A stretch of DNA of 64,000 nucleotides from an uncultured Actinomycetes bacterium (lineage in GTDB: Bacteria; Actinomycetota; UBA4738; HRBIN12): contig CAVQCI010000003.1 of NCBI GenBank assembly GCA_963710985.1, positions 682,959 to 746,958 on the forward strand, written 5' to 3'. Position 1 is the stretch's first letter; each line of letters opens with the position of its first letter. The translations under genes and the position numbers were made by a program. Under the pieces are notes generated by a model, which ran no database searches, was not told the origin of the DNA, and saw only the letters and a list, made by a program, of their open reading frames with translations. This document shows, one piece after another, positions 62,966 through 64,000 of the stretch.

Positions 62966-64000
62966 CTACCCGAGGCGCGGGAGCAGGCCGGGCAGGCCCT
63001 CGACGTAGCCGTCGAGGATCGCCTTGGCCACGGGGTAGGAGCGCGACGAGCGGGTGAGCGAGCAGCGCCTCGAGCGCGGCGTCGTAGGAGCCCTCGACCG
63101 CCGCCGTCACGGTGAGGCGCTCGTACAGCTTGACCTGCGAGACGAGCGCGAACGCCGCCTCGGGCATCGCTCCTTGCGCGATCGGGTGCGCCCCGTGCTC
63201 GTCCGCGAACGCCGTCACCTCCACGACGTCGTCGTCGCGCAACCCCGGGATCGCGCCGCGGTTCGCCACGTTGAGGATCAGCGGTACCTTGCGGCGCTGC
63301 ACGGCGGCCGCCATCACCGCGGTCGCGACGCCCTCGTAACCCTCGCCCTCGAAGACGTCGCCGGCCCCGTCGGTCTCGTCCGCGGTCTCGTCCTGGACGG
63401 CCTCGCCGCGCTCTCGGGCGAAGTAGGTCGCGTCGCGCTCGCCCATCGCGTGCTCCCACGCGGCGCGCGCGCCGGGGAGGTCGCCCGCGTCGACGCAGGC
63501 CCGCAGGACGGGCCAGAGCGCGTCGTTCAAGGCCTGGAGCTGACGGCCGCGCGAGCTCCCCGATCCGCGGATGTGCGCCACCGCCTGGTCCCGGTAGTAA
63601 TAGAAGTAGAGGTACTCCATCGGGAGCATCCCGATGGCGCGCACCAGGCCCGGGTCGAACAGCCGCCACTGCTCGTCGGCGGCCTGGAGCTCCTCGAACC
63701 GGTCGAGCAGCTCGGGCAGCCGGTCGTTGCCCTCCACGAGCACGCGGTGGATCCATCCGCAGTGGTTCAACCCGAAGTAGTCGGCGTGGACCTGCTCGCG
63801 GGGGAGCCCCAGGAACTCCGCGACGCTTCGCTGCATCGAGATCGGTCCGTCGCAGATCCCGATCGCGCGGACCGACGCGTGGTCGTGCAGGGCCTGCATC
63901 ACGATCCCGACCGGGTTCGTGAAGTTGACCAGCAGCGCGCCGGGCGCGACCTCCTCGATCAGCCGCGCGTAGCCGAGCATCGCCGGGATCGTCCGCAACG
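62966..64000 (-). pseudogene. Glycoside hydrolase family 4 (NAD/Mn-dependent 6-phospho-glucosidase-like), 5' end outside window, one frame break near 3' end
   Basis: ORF 62865..63998: TIPAMLGYARLIEEVAPGALLVNFTNPVGIVMQAL, AIGICDGP, GLNHCGW. The conserved tail SYPVAKAILDGYVEGLPGLLPRLG* is in another frame (stop 62966-62968). Break ~63038-63048. Confidence 0.7.

Noticed and set aside
60850-63756. 968-aa minus-strand ORF spanning livM-like, CapA and GH4 regions
   Set aside because: It crosses three independently supported genes on both strands. The translation is Arg/Gly/Pro-rich noise.

Overview
High-GC (about 72% by hand count of sample lines), actinobacterium-like chromosomal segment. It is densely coding on both strands, with about 60 genes. 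I could not recognise any rRNA, tRNA, CRISPR array, transposase or integrase by eye. Gene content: (1) amino-acid, methylated-amine and one-carbon metabolism: serC, a class-III aminotransferase, a DDAH-like enzyme, a bifunctional homocysteine methyltransferase/MTHFR, a ~1600-aa NAD-glutamate dehydrogenase, L-2-hydroxyglutarate oxidase, DadA-like and SoxB-like flavoenzymes, two DMGDH-like FAD+GcvT proteins and a GbcA-like Rieske oxygenase; (2) an acyl-CoA synthetase plus ABC-2 transporter operon; (3) secreted and envelope proteins: CAP domain, DUF11/RTX-like, LppM-like, vWA, GH18, polysaccharide deacetylase, CapA; (4) archease-rtcB; (5) a protocatechuate/4-hydroxybenzoate cluster: pcaHGBDC, an aldehyde dehydrogenase-pobA-metE-like operon, an IclR regulator and a 5-gene ABC importer. 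The best candidate for something new is at 40.3-42.9 kb. The radical-SAM and Memo-like genes of the uncharacterised AmmeMemoRadiSam system are translationally coupled to an endonuclease-V-like gene whose catalytic metal ligands appear substituted. No AMMECR1 partner is present in the window. This operon converges on archease-rtcB. Major caveat: many conserved genes carry 1-nt frame breaks, roughly one per 3 kb. A 10.6-kb block (about 50.3-60.95 kb) has one break every 80-200 nt. Both edges of that block fall inside genes, so the pattern looks more like local consensus error than biology, although pathway-level pseudogenisation cannot be excluded. All family assignments are by eye from motifs. 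No searches were run.
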